In this document: piece after piece, positions 47,950 to 56,342 of the stretch | Layout: every line of letters begins with the position of its first letter | Position numbering within the stretch: the stretch's first letter is position 1 | Source: a virus | Direction: 5' to 3' (one strand) | Virus record (IMG/VR): IMGVR_UViG_3300046786_000157 | Span: 32,001-96,000 of that record | Length of the DNA: 64,000 bases | Position numbers and translations under genes: made by a program | The notes under the pieces: generated by a model | What the model saw: only the letters and a program-made list of their open reading frames with translations | Databases searched by the model: none | What the model was told of the DNA's origin: nothing

Positions 47950-48360
47950 ATGGAATTCAAAGTAGAAGGCAGTCGCCGAAACAAAAAGTTCATTGAGGCA
48001 ATACTACCCTCAATGTTCAAACAATTGAATCTTGAAAATAGTACTAAAGCAGTAGTCATTCGTGTAGCTGATGAATGCGGTACAAATAGTGGTGCAACTA
48101 TTGACCTCAGTGAAGCTACCGGATGTTACATGGTAATCATCAAACCTCACCGCAATCTTAAAGATATCGGTCTGACACTTGCACATGAAATGGTTCACGT
48201 AAAGCAATTGGCCAAGGGCACGTTGAAGAATCGTAAAACAGGGTCTTACGTGTGGGCCGGCAAACGGTACAGTAAAAAAACTGCATACTTAAGTATGCCC
48301 TGGGAAATTGAAGCCTTCAGTCGTCAGGAGCTGATTCTACGGCGTGCGATTGAGGAATAA
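47950..48360 (+). CDS. HExxH zinc metallopeptidase-like protein (136 aa)
   Basis: TLAHEMVHVKQ...PWEIEA motif. Start reassigned to ATG 47950 because the TTG at 47893 is the -35 box. Confidence 0.7.
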   Translation: MEFKVEGSRRNKKFIEAILPSMFKQLNLENSTKAVVIRVADECGTNSGATIDLSEATGCYMVIIKPHRNLKDIGLTLAHEMVHVKQLAKGTLKNRKTGSYVWAGKRYSKKTAYLSMPWEIEAFSRQELILRRAIEE

Positions 48361-48364
48361 AAAT

Positions 48365-48393
48365 TTGACAATAAATCCAAACTCTGATACAAT
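48365..48393 (+). promoter_or_regulatory. Early sigma70 promoter TTGACA-17-TACAAT (extended -10)
   Basis: -35 at 48365-70, -10 at 48388-93. Confidence 0.8.
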
Positions 48394-48426
48394 ACTTGTA
48401 TTGACACTGAAATCAAGGACAAACAA

Positions 48427-48732
48427 ATGGCTCTCACTCCCCTCACTGAACGTCAAAAAACTCTGATTGTTTCCAACGTTCTCAAAGCAGTTAAGAACAT
48501 TGACAACCTGAACAAGACAGGTTACAACTTTGTTTATCAGTGTTCGGGCTTTATTGCACACTATGACCTGTATGGTTTCATTGCAAGCTACACAGGTGAA
48601 TCATTGAAGCGTGACCTCATTTCGTATGCAGGTCAAAATCAGTGGAACAACTTTCGTCCCGGTGAACGTGACTATGAGTACATGATGGCAAAGAAGGATG
48701 TGTACAACCGCATCGTTGCCCAAATTGTGTAA
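48427..48732 (+). CDS. Hypothetical early protein (101 aa)
   Basis: AAGGA SD; follows a promoter. Confidence 0.75.
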   Translation: MALTPLTERQKTLIVSNVLKAVKNIDNLNKTGYNFVYQCSGFIAHYDLYGFIASYTGESLKRDLISYAGQNQWNNFRPGERDYEYMMAKKDVYNRIVAQIV

Positions 48733-48739
48733 AATAAAT

Positions 48740-48768
48740 TTGACGATAAATCAAATCTCTGTTACACT
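48740..48768 (+). promoter_or_regulatory. Early sigma70 promoter TTGACG-17-TACACT (extended -10)
   Basis: -35 at 48740-45, -10 at 48763-68. Confidence 0.75.
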
Positions 48769-48818
48769 ACAGTTTCTTTCTTTTTAACACACTTTCATTT
48801 TTTTTTTAGGAGCATCAA

Positions 48819-49922
48819 ATGGCATCAGTAGTTTCTGACAATCTGACTATCACCTCAGTCCAAGTTCGCAAAGCACTCTTGACTGCATTCAAAGCAAAAC
48901 GTCCCGTCTTCTTGTGGGGCCCTCCCGGCATCGGCAAATCTGAGGTTGTTGCAGAAGTTGCGGCAGAACTAAACGGTCCTGTCATTGACTTGCGTATGGC
49001 ACAGATGGAGCCTACTGACATTCGAGGTATCCCGTATTTTAATAAAGACGTTAACAAGATGGATTGGGCTGAGCCTGTCGATCTGCCTAGCGAAGAATTT
49101 GCAAGCAAGCATCCCATCGTTGTTTTGTTTCTTGACGAAATGAACAGTGCGCCACCTGCAGTGCAGGCAGCAGGTTATCAGTTGATTCTGAACCGTCGTG
49201 TTGGTAAGTACAACTTGCCTGATAACGTTGTTATTGTTGCGGCAGGTAATCGTGACAGTGACAAAGGTGTTACATATCGTATGCCGATGCCCCTCGCTAA
49301 TCGTTTCGTTCACGTTGAAATGCGAGCCGATTTTGCTTCTTGGCAAAACTGGGCTGTGAACAAAGGCATTCACAAAGACGTTGTTGGTTACTTGTCTTTC
49401 GCTAAACAAGACTTGTACGACTTTGATAGCAAATCTGCATCACGTGCGTTTGCTACCCCACGTAGCTGGTGCTTTGTCTCTGACTTGCTGAATGATGAGG
49501 CAAACGTTGACAATGATACATTGTTCAACTTGGTTGCAGGTGCAGTTGGTGAAGGTCTTGCAGTTAAGTTTCAAGCGCACCGCAAGATTGCAGGCAAGAT
49601 GCCCGAGCCAACTGACATTCTCAGTGGCAAAGTCACTGACTTGTCTGTGAAAGAAATTTCTGCAATGTACTCTCTTACAATTTCTATGTGTTACGAATTG
49701 CGTGACTCTATTGAAAACAAGAAAGTCAATAGCAAAGAGTTTCACGTTATGGCAGATAACTTCTTCAACTACATCATGAAGAACTTTGAAACTGAACTGG
49801 TTGTTATGGGTGCAAAGATTGCACTGAAAACATACAAGCTCCCGATTGAGCCTTCTCAATTGAAGAACTTTGACGAATTCCACAAGAAGTACGGTAAGTA
49901 CATCGTGGAGGCAGGTAACTAA
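48819..49922 (+). CDS. MoxR-type AAA+ ATPase
   Basis: Walker A GPPGIGKS, EPTDIRG, Walker B LFLDE, AAGN, PLANRF, TPRSW. Confidence 0.88.
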   Translation: MASVVSDNLTITSVQVRKALLTAFKAKRPVFLWGPPGIGKSEVVAEVAAELNGPVIDLRMAQMEPTDIRGIPYFNKDVNKMDWAEPVDLPSEEFASKHPIVVLFLDEMNSAPPAVQAAGYQLILNRRVGKYNLPDNVVIVAAGNRDSDKGVTYRMPMPLANRFVHVEMRADFASWQNWAVNKGIHKDVVGYLSFAKQDLYDFDSKSASRAFATPRSWCFVSDLLNDEANVDNDTLFNLVAGAVGEGLAVKFQAHRKIAGKMPEPTDILSGKVTDLSVKEISAMYSLTISMCYELRDSIENKKVNSKEFHVMADNFFNYIMKNFETELVVMGAKIALKTYKLPIEPSQLKNFDEFHKKYGKYIVEAGN

Positions 49923-49940
49923 TCAGTTACTTGTCTTATA

Positions 49941-49973
49941 GGGTGAGTGTATCATTATGCTCACCCTTTTTTT
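49941..49973 (+). terminator. Intrinsic terminator
   Basis: GGGTGAGTGTA-TCAT-TATGCTCACCC: 11-bp stem (two G-U) followed by T7. Confidence 0.75.
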
Positions 49974-49986
49974 AATAAGGATTATT

Positions 49987-50139
49987 ATGTCAGGTAAAAA
50001 GTATTTCTATGCTCTTGGTCAAAGTGCCCGAGCGAAGGGTTTCACTAAGGATCAAGGTATGACCTTGTACGCTATTGAAGCCGCACAACCTTATGCACGA
50101 ATTGCATTTGATGCAGGCTACAGAGGATTAAGCCTATGA
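49987..50139 (+). CDS. Hypothetical protein (50 aa)
   Basis: TAAGG SD before ATG 49987; the ORF-track start 49957 lies inside the terminator. Confidence 0.6.
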   Translation: MSGKKYFYALGQSARAKGFTKDQGMTLYAIEAAQPYARIAFDAGYRGLSL

Positions 50140-50405
50140 CAGAAAAAAAGAAAATGGAAGTTGTGTTTGCCCCTGGATGCTTTGACAACTTTGATGGTAC
50201 ACAGGAAGAATTGGATCAATTGATTAAAGAGATCCAAGAAGGTGTAGACAACGGAACGTTGTTTGAAAAATCTAGCGCAGTGTCCATTGAATCTTTGCTT
50301 GAAGAATTGAGCGAGGAAGAAGTCGAAGGACTATTAAATACACTTGAACTTTTGGAAGACGAGGACCTTACTGACCTTGATCGCCCTAATCGAACATTGC
50401 AATAA
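50136..50405 (+). CDS. Acidic hypothetical protein (89 aa)
   Basis: ATGA-coupled; Glu/Asp-rich. Confidence 0.7.
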   Translation: MTEKKKMEVVFAPGCFDNFDGTQEELDQLIKEIQEGVDNGTLFEKSSAVSIESLLEELSEEEVEGLLNTLELLEDEDLTDLDRPNRTLQ

Positions 50406-50406
50406 T

Positions 50407-50435
50407 TTGACAATAAATCACGGCTGTGCTATAAT
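50407..50435 (+). promoter_or_regulatory. Early sigma70 promoter TTGACA-17-TATAAT (consensus, extended -10)
   Basis: -35 at 50407-12, -10 at 50430-35. Confidence 0.85.
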
Positions 50436-50459
50436 GTTAGTAACAGTTAAGGAGTATAC

Positions 50460-51743
50460 ATGAGCGCAGTAATTGACAAATCTAAATCTAAAAAAACACG
50501 TAGCGATAAGTTTGAGAAACTTGTCGGACCCACTGATCCCAAAGTTGACCACGATGCACGTGAGCGACTAGTCACCGCACGTATCGGCTTGCTATTGCGT
50601 CAATCATTCTTTGGTAATCTCGCAACCCGATTGACTCTTATCAATGCTGATGACTGGTGCTCTACTGCGGCAACTGACGGTCTCAAATTCTATTACAACA
50701 GCCGTTTCATTATGATGCTCAAACCCAAAGAGGTTGAGTTTCTTGTGGGTCATGAAGTGTTGCACGTTGTCTACGATCACATGGGTCGCCGAGGCAATCG
50801 TGATCCTCAAATCTGGAACATTGCTGATGACTATGCAGTTAACGCAGACTTGAAGCGACACAAAGTTGGTCAATTCATTACTACAGTACCTTGCTTGTAC
50901 GAACAAAAGTATGACGGCAAAGCGGCTGAGGAAATCTATGATGACCTCATGAAAAACGTTCAAAAGATTGATATCAATAGTCTGATTGACCAGATGATTG
51001 ACGATCACATGGATGGTGAGGGAGAAGGTGATGGTGACGGTGATGGAGATCAAGAAGGCAAAGGTAAGCGTCCCAAAATGTCTCCTGAAGAACGTGAACG
51101 TGTGCGTCAGGAAGTTAAGCAAGCAATTATCAGTGCCGCACAAAGTGCAGAAGCAGGTCAACTGCCCGCAGGTGTCGAACGTCTGATTCGTCAACACACT
51201 AACCCAGTCATGCCCTGGCGTGAACTGATTCAGTCAAATTTGACTAGTGCAATTCGTACTGACTTTTCTTGGATGCGCCCTTCACGTAGAAGTTGGCATA
51301 TGGATGCTATCATGCCCGGCATGACTCCCGGCGAAGAAATTGATGTTGTCGTTGCTATTGACATGAGTGGCTCTATCTCTAACAAGCAAGCACAAGCTTT
51401 CTTGGGTGAGATTGGTGGCATGATGGAATCGTTTGATGGATATAAGGTCCATGTATTCTGTTTTGATACTGATATTTACAACCCACAAGATTTCAATAGC
51501 GAATCAATGGATACTATTGATGCGTATGAGCCAATGGGCGGTGGTGGTACAGACTTTGATGCTATCTTTGATTACTTGAAGAAAGTAGGCAATGTACCCA
51601 AGCGACTTATTTGTTTCACTGACGGCTACCCTTGTGGTAGTTGGGGTGATGCAGATTACTGCGATACGACATGGATCATTCATGGTGATCCTAATCCGAA
51701 TCCCCCATTCGGTACGTATGCTCTTTATGATGATAAAGGTTAA
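50460..51743 (+). CDS. Putative metallopeptidase plus VWA-like domain protein (MoxR partner)
   Basis: TAATDG, HEVLH (HExxH), acidic G/D/E linker, MIDAS DMSGS, GGGGTDF, FTDG. Confidence 0.85.
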   Translation: MSAVIDKSKSKKTRSDKFEKLVGPTDPKVDHDARERLVTARIGLLLRQSFFGNLATRLTLINADDWCSTAATDGLKFYYNSRFIMMLKPKEVEFLVGHEVLHVVYDHMGRRGNRDPQIWNIADDYAVNADLKRHKVGQFITTVPCLYEQKYDGKAAEEIYDDLMKNVQKIDINSLIDQMIDDHMDGEGEGDGDGDGDQEGKGKRPKMSPEERERVRQEVKQAIISAAQSAEAGQLPAGVERLIRQHTNPVMPWRELIQSNLTSAIRTDFSWMRPSRRSWHMDAIMPGMTPGEEIDVVVAIDMSGSISNKQAQAFLGEIGGMMESFDGYKVHVFCFDTDIYNPQDFNSESMDTIDAYEPMGGGGTDFDAIFDYLKKVGNVPKRLICFTDGYPCGSWGDADYCDTTWIIHGDPNPNPPFGTYALYDDKG

Positions 51744-51745
51744 TT

Positions 51746-51865
51746 ATGGAAGCATTGCATACAATTGGCTACGCCGTTCTACTAGCGGCAGTGATCGGAG
51801 TACTATACTTATTTGGTAAAGTACTCTGGTCAGGATTCAAAGCCGTTAAACAGAATGATGATTAA
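51746..51865 (+). CDS. 39-aa single-pass membrane microprotein
   Basis: Hand-translated MEALHTIGYAVLLAAVIGVLYLFGKVLWSGFKAVKQNDD*; fills the gap after the VWA gene. Confidence 0.55.
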   Translation: MEALHTIGYAVLLAAVIGVLYLFGKVLWSGFKAVKQNDD

Positions 51866-52100
51866 GTCTAGTGAAGAAATAATCATTTACGAAAGCCCAG
51901 ATGGTGGCAAGACAGTCTACTCCCGCAAGTCGGGAGAGCCTGCTTCTTCTCGTACATTACATAGCATTGATCCTGCTTATAAAAGAGAACAAGAATTAAC
52001 AGCACGTTGGGCTAAATTAAAAGAAGCAGTGATGATGGATGATCCTGTTATTAATGATTACATTGAAAAAATTGAAATACTATTGGAGCTAAAACGATGA
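51855..52100 (+). CDS. Hypothetical protein
   Basis: IYESPDGGKTVYSR motif; ATG 51855/51858 preferred over the ORF-track start 51813. Confidence 0.65.
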   Translation: MMIKSSEEIIIYESPDGGKTVYSRKSGEPASSRTLHSIDPAYKREQELTARWAKLKEAVMMDDPVINDYIEKIEILLELKR

Positions 52101-52516
52101 AACTAATTGGTCTTAGTCTTGGTGGTTGTTTGCGTAGTCTTATGGTAGGTGAAGTGTCCGAGGATGATGTTGTGTTCATTGTAACTCGCACAAATTGCCC
52201 TGAGTTCCACCAATACATTGCTGTAGTTGAGCAGTATCATAAACAAGGAAATCCCTACTCTCGTAATTCTGATAGATACGAATTGAATAATTTCCCACTC
52301 GACAAAGTAACTGACTTGGCAATTCGTTTGTGGAACAATGGTAGGATTCATCAACCGCGTATTTTTACAAGTGGGTCTGGAGTAGAGTATACTCACCCTG
52401 TTGAGTACGGTGATGGATTGTGGATGGAAATAGTTCCTTCTAATCGTAACACTAATCCTGCGGTTATTGAAGCCTATGAAAAATATAAGATGTTGGATAA
52501 CTTGACTCGTGATTGA
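52097..52516 (+). CDS. Hypothetical protein (139 aa)
   Basis: ATGA-coupled ORF. Confidence 0.7.
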   Translation: MKLIGLSLGGCLRSLMVGEVSEDDVVFIVTRTNCPEFHQYIAVVEQYHKQGNPYSRNSDRYELNNFPLDKVTDLAIRLWNNGRIHQPRIFTSGSGVEYTHPVEYGDGLWMEIVPSNRNTNPAVIEAYEKYKMLDNLTRD

Positions 52517-52763
52517 AAATGAAATTAATCCACAAGTATGGTTTGGTAGTAGAGAACTAGACTTTACTCCCAAACACTTTGTTCTCGCCAAGACTAAACT
52601 ATCAATCGAATCTAAAACTTGGATTTTAAATAAACTTTCGGGTAGATTCTCACTAGTTCAATACACTGACGATTCTACTGACTTTTTTATAACAGGAGAC
52701 AGTTGTTTTCCTGCATTTGAAGACCCTGCAGAAGCTGTTTTGTACGAATTATACTGGTCGTAA
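52509..52763 (+). CDS. Hypothetical protein (84 aa)
   Basis: Overlapping ORF, GTG start, ends AFEDPAEAVLYELYWS. Confidence 0.65.
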   Translation: MIENEINPQVWFGSRELDFTPKHFVLAKTKLSIESKTWILNKLSGRFSLVQYTDDSTDFFITGDSCFPAFEDPAEAVLYELYWS

Positions 52764-52792
52764 ATAAAATTTTTAACTAGCATAAATCTAGT

Positions 52793-52798
52793 TAAATA
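52793..52798 (+). promoter_or_regulatory. Late promoter TAAATA overlapping an inverted repeat
   Basis: TTTAACTAG-7-CTAGTTAAA (52772-52796) overlaps TAAATA; AGGAG SD before ATG 52827. Confidence 0.5.
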
Positions 52799-52826
52799 CT
52801 TTCGTAAATCTTAGTAGGAGAATAAT

Positions 52827-53486
52827 ATGAGTTTTTTACGACATGTAGGTAAACACGGTGATCGCAAGGTAGCAGTCATTTTTAGAGAGGTCCCGGGCGA
52901 ACCTCACATGTGTTTAGTTTCATATACCGAAACAATAAATCAGCACATTCACGATCCATTGATTCGTTGCATTGAATCTGATATTGGTCAGAATAGTGAA
53001 AATCTAGCTGACGCACTTAATCGCACATACACACAAGATGGTAAGCCCATTTTGCAAACACTTCACTTTGAAGGTCAGTTGAAAAAGGTTCAAACTAACC
53101 TTATCGTCATGACACCTCAACCTAACACACGTATTAAGTTAGATGAATTGAATAAGATTCTTAATGAGATGAAACAGGGTGAGGATGCTGTTAAACGACT
53201 AGCTGAATTAGATTCTAGCCGCGGATTGCAAGATCCTGCTGACGTTGCACGTAGATTGCGTGGAGACAAAATGCCTCCTGTTACTAACGTATCAGACGGT
53301 GCTTTGGGTGATAACGACTTGGCAAACAATTTTAGAGCGCAAGCTGAGAAGATGAATGCCGAGGCTAAAGGCTTGATGGCTGAAGCTCAACGTTTGATGA
53401 AGGAAGCGGCTGCTATGGATCCTCCAGTAGTAGAAGCTCCTAAGGCAAAAAGAGCATATAACAAAAAAGCAAAAGTTAGTGCATAA
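52827..53486 (+). CDS. Hypothetical protein (219 aa)
   Basis: Good SD; first gene of a coupled run to 59590. Confidence 0.75.
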   Translation: MSFLRHVGKHGDRKVAVIFREVPGEPHMCLVSYTETINQHIHDPLIRCIESDIGQNSENLADALNRTYTQDGKPILQTLHFEGQLKKVQTNLIVMTPQPNTRIKLDELNKILNEMKQGEDAVKRLAELDSSRGLQDPADVARRLRGDKMPPVTNVSDGALGDNDLANNFRAQAEKMNAEAKGLMAEAQRLMKEAAAMDPPVVEAPKAKRAYNKKAKVSA

Positions 53487-53782
53487 TGAGTCCAGAGTTT
53501 ATTCAGAAGTGGGAACACATTCTTGAAGACGTTGAAAAGCAAAAAGTACCCATACAGTTTATTAAGAAATTAATTATTAAACTGGAGGGTAAAAGACAGC
53601 AAACAATCAACATCCAAAAGTTTTTAAGTCAAGGACTTGACCCAGAACAAATAGAAGAAGCAGTTAGTAGAAAGCTAAACGAATTAGATGACCTAGTCAC
53701 TAGCGTAGAGTTTATATTAGATGTACAAAGTATCGCCGAGACTGTTCAACCGGAGACTGATAGGTTATTGAATAAATTATGA
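53486..53782 (+). CDS. Hypothetical protein (98 aa)
   Basis: TAATG-coupled. Confidence 0.7.
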   Translation: MSPEFIQKWEHILEDVEKQKVPIQFIKKLIIKLEGKRQQTINIQKFLSQGLDPEQIEEAVSRKLNELDDLVTSVEFILDVQSIAETVQPETDRLLNKL

Positions 53783-54231
53783 AATTAATTATAGCTTGTG
53801 ATCCTAAAGGAGGAATAGGCTTTGATGGTAAATTGCCCTGGACTAACCTTCAGGGCGATTTGCCAAGATTCAAGGCATTGACTACTGGTAAAGTCATACT
53901 CATGGGAAGAAATACATGGGATAGCTTACCCAAGAAACCGTTACCTAATCGTATCAATGTAGTAGTTACTAGCAAAGACATAGAAGGTATTACTACGTTA
54001 ACTAGCTTACCGGAAAGAGATACTATGGACTTGAATGATGTGTGGTTAATCGGTGGTGCAAAGTTAATTAATACTAGCTGGCACCTTATTGATGAAATAT
54101 ATCTATCGAGAACATTTACCGAATACACTTGTGATACTTTCGTAGATATAGTAAAATTACAAAACGAGTTCATGTGTTGGTTTAAAGAAGACTATACAGA
54201 CCACTCGTATGAAATTTGGAAACGAAAATGA
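53779..54231 (+). CDS. folA: Dihydrofolate reductase
   Basis: GGIGFDGKLPW, DLPRFK..T, MGRNTWDSL, PLPNR.NVV, IGGA, CDTF. Confidence 0.93.
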   Translation: MKLIIACDPKGGIGFDGKLPWTNLQGDLPRFKALTTGKVILMGRNTWDSLPKKPLPNRINVVVTSKDIEGITTLTSLPERDTMDLNDVWLIGGAKLINTSWHLIDEIYLSRTFTEYTCDTFVDIVKLQNEFMCWFKEDYTDHSYEIWKRK

Positions 54232-55127
54232 AACAATACTTAGAACTACTACAAGATATTTTAGATAACGGGGAACAAAAAGATGACAGAACTGGCGTGG
54301 GCACCATTAGTGTTTTTGGACGTAATATTCGCTTTGATTTGCGTGAATCTTTTCCCGCTGTCACTACTAAGAAGCTTGCATGGAAAGCTTGCAAAGGTGA
54401 ACTTATCTGGTTCATTGAAGGCAGTAGTGATGAGCGTAGACTGGCAGAGATTACCCACGGTAGTACAGAAGGAAAGGTTACTATCTGGACGCCAAATGCG
54501 CTTGCACCCTATTGGAAGCCTAAAGCAAAATTCGAGGGCGACCTCGGTCGTGTCTATGGGGTACAATGGCGTCACTGGAACAAAGACCGTGTTGAAAAAG
54601 ACATGGGCCCAGCGCACAAAGGTGGCACACGCCTCGCAGTGGATAGGACGGAAGTCGACCAACTCAAGAACCTCATTGAGGGCTTGAAGACTGATCCTAA
54701 TGGACGCAGACACATTCTAAGTGCTTGGAATGTAAGTGAGCTAGATCAAATGGCTTTACCTCCTTGTCATGTTATGTCACAATTTTATGTCAACAAAAAT
54801 AAAGAACTCTCTTGTCATATGTACCAGCGCAGTGTGGATGTGTTTCTTGGCTTACCTTTTAACATTGCTAGCTATGCGTTACTCACTCATTTAATTGCAC
54901 AAGTATGTGATTTGAAAGTCGGTGAATTGATTATCTCTACTGGTGATACTCACATTTATAGCGACCATGTTGAACAAGTTAAAGAACAATTGCAACGTGA
55001 GCCATTTGCTCTTCCGCAGTTGAAGTTGAATCCTGATATTAAAGATATCAACGGTTTCAAGATGGAAGATATTGAACTAGTAAACTATCAAAGTCATGGC
55101 ACTATCAAAGCAAATATGGCCGTCTGA
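54228..55127 (+). CDS. thyA: Thymidylate synthase
   Basis: DDRTGVGT, FPAVTTKK, VYGVQWR, RRHILSAWN, ALPPCH, YQRSVDVFLGLPFNIASY. Start 54228 (ATGA coupling) preferred over 54216. Confidence 0.95.
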   Translation: MKQYLELLQDILDNGEQKDDRTGVGTISVFGRNIRFDLRESFPAVTTKKLAWKACKGELIWFIEGSSDERRLAEITHGSTEGKVTIWTPNALAPYWKPKAKFEGDLGRVYGVQWRHWNKDRVEKDMGPAHKGGTRLAVDRTEVDQLKNLIEGLKTDPNGRRHILSAWNVSELDQMALPPCHVMSQFYVNKNKELSCHMYQRSVDVFLGLPFNIASYALLTHLIAQVCDLKVGELIISTGDTHIYSDHVEQVKEQLQREPFALPQLKLNPDIKDINGFKMEDIELVNYQSHGTIKANMAV

Positions 55128-55380
55128 AGACGAAGCAAAATCAATCACCTACAAAGTGAAAACACTTAACGTAGGTGATGTTGAAGATCCTGATATATAT
55201 GTAGGGCAATATATATGGGAGTGGCAAGAAAGTGAAGCTGGTAGATGGATCATGGAAAACTCTAGACCATTGCCAAGTTGGCATCGTAGTGTCGATCATC
55301 TGACGTACGGGTACAAATACGATATCAGAGCATATCTTACACCAAAACAAATAACTTATTTTGAATTGAAATACAAATGA
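55096..55380 (+). CDS. Hypothetical protein (94 aa)
   Basis: Coupled ORF; no motif recognised. Confidence 0.65.
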   Translation: MALSKQIWPSEDEAKSITYKVKTLNVGDVEDPDIYVGQYIWEWQESEAGRWIMENSRPLPSWHRSVDHLTYGYKYDIRAYLTPKQITYFELKYK

Positions 55381-56342
55381 ACATTTTAGTAACAGGCGGG
55401 CTAGGACTTATAGGTCATCATGTAGTTGAACGTCTACAGACTCAGGGTCATATTGTGTCTATCATGGACACACAAACAAACTACGGTATTATCCCACAAG
55501 ATGAGATTAATTATCTAATTGAAGAACGTAGTAAGAAGATTGACTTGAGTGGTTATTACAAGTATGATATCTGTGATAGCGAAAAAGTCAGCAAAGTTTT
55601 TAATATTGAACAGCCAGAGATTGTAATTCACATGGCTAGCTTCCCAAGACAAAAAGTAGTTAATGCAAATCCCGCATGGGGAAGTCGTGTTATGAGTGAA
55701 GGGTTGCTCAACTTGTTGGAAGCTAGCAAGAATTACGATGTACGTAAGTTCGTGTATATTAGTTCAAGTATGGTCTACGGAGACTTTACTGATGATGTTA
55801 CAGAAGATGCCATCTGTAATCCTCAAGGTCAATATGGTATTATGAAATATGCCGGCGAATGGCTTGTTAAAGATTACACACGCAAAGATAATTTAGTTCA
55901 TACTATCATTCGTCCCAGTGCAGTATACGGTCCACTTGATGTTGAGGATCGTGTCATTGCGAAGTTCATGCTTACAGCAATGCGTGGTGGAGTGTTGAAT
56001 GTTAACGGTGCTAGCGAAACATTAGACTTTACGTATGTTGAAGATGCCGCAGATGGTATTGTTGCTGCCGCACTCTCTGATAATGCAGACAACAAGACAT
56101 ACAATATCACCAAGTCACATAGCAGAACATTACTTGATGCGGCGAACTTAGCAGTAAAGTATGCAGGCAAAGGAACAATCAATGTCAGAGACAAAGACGC
56201 AGACTTCCCAAGTCGTGGTGCATTGAACATTGATGCCGCTCGTAGAGATTTCGGCTACGATCCTAAAGTAGATGTAGAAGAAGGCTTTCAGAAATACTAT
56301 GACTGGTTGAGTACTAGTGAGTATTGGAAATCTAAAATATGA
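55377..56342 (+). CDS. NAD-dependent nucleotide-sugar epimerase/dehydratase (extended SDR)
   Basis: TGGLGLIG, YISSSMVYG, YGIMK (YxxxK), RPSAVYGP, DFTYVED. Confidence 0.88.
   Translation: MNILVTGGLGLIGHHVVERLQTQGHIVSIMDTQTNYGIIPQDEINYLIEERSKKIDLSGYYKYDICDSEKVSKVFNIEQPEIVIHMASFPRQKVVNANPAWGSRVMSEGLLNLLEASKNYDVRKFVYISSSMVYGDFTDDVTEDAICNPQGQYGIMKYAGEWLVKDYTRKDNLVHTIIRPSAVYGPLDVEDRVIAKFMLTAMRGGVLNVNGASETLDFTYVEDAADGIVAAALSDNADNKTYNITKSHSRTLLDAANLAVKYAGKGTINVRDKDADFPSRGALNIDAARRDFGYDPKVDVEEGFQKYYDWLSTSEYWKSKI

Noticed and set aside
51010-51065. GGTGA(T/C/G)-like microrepeat
   Set aside because: It only encodes the low-complexity DGEGEGDGDGDGD linker between the peptidase and VWA domains.
54228-55127. 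dCMP hydroxymethylase or intron-containing td gene (DNA hypermodification)
   Set aside because: The reading frame is continuous, and the dUMP-specifying Asn (PFNIASY) is present rather than the Asp of dCMP-acting homologs; it is an ordinary ThyA.
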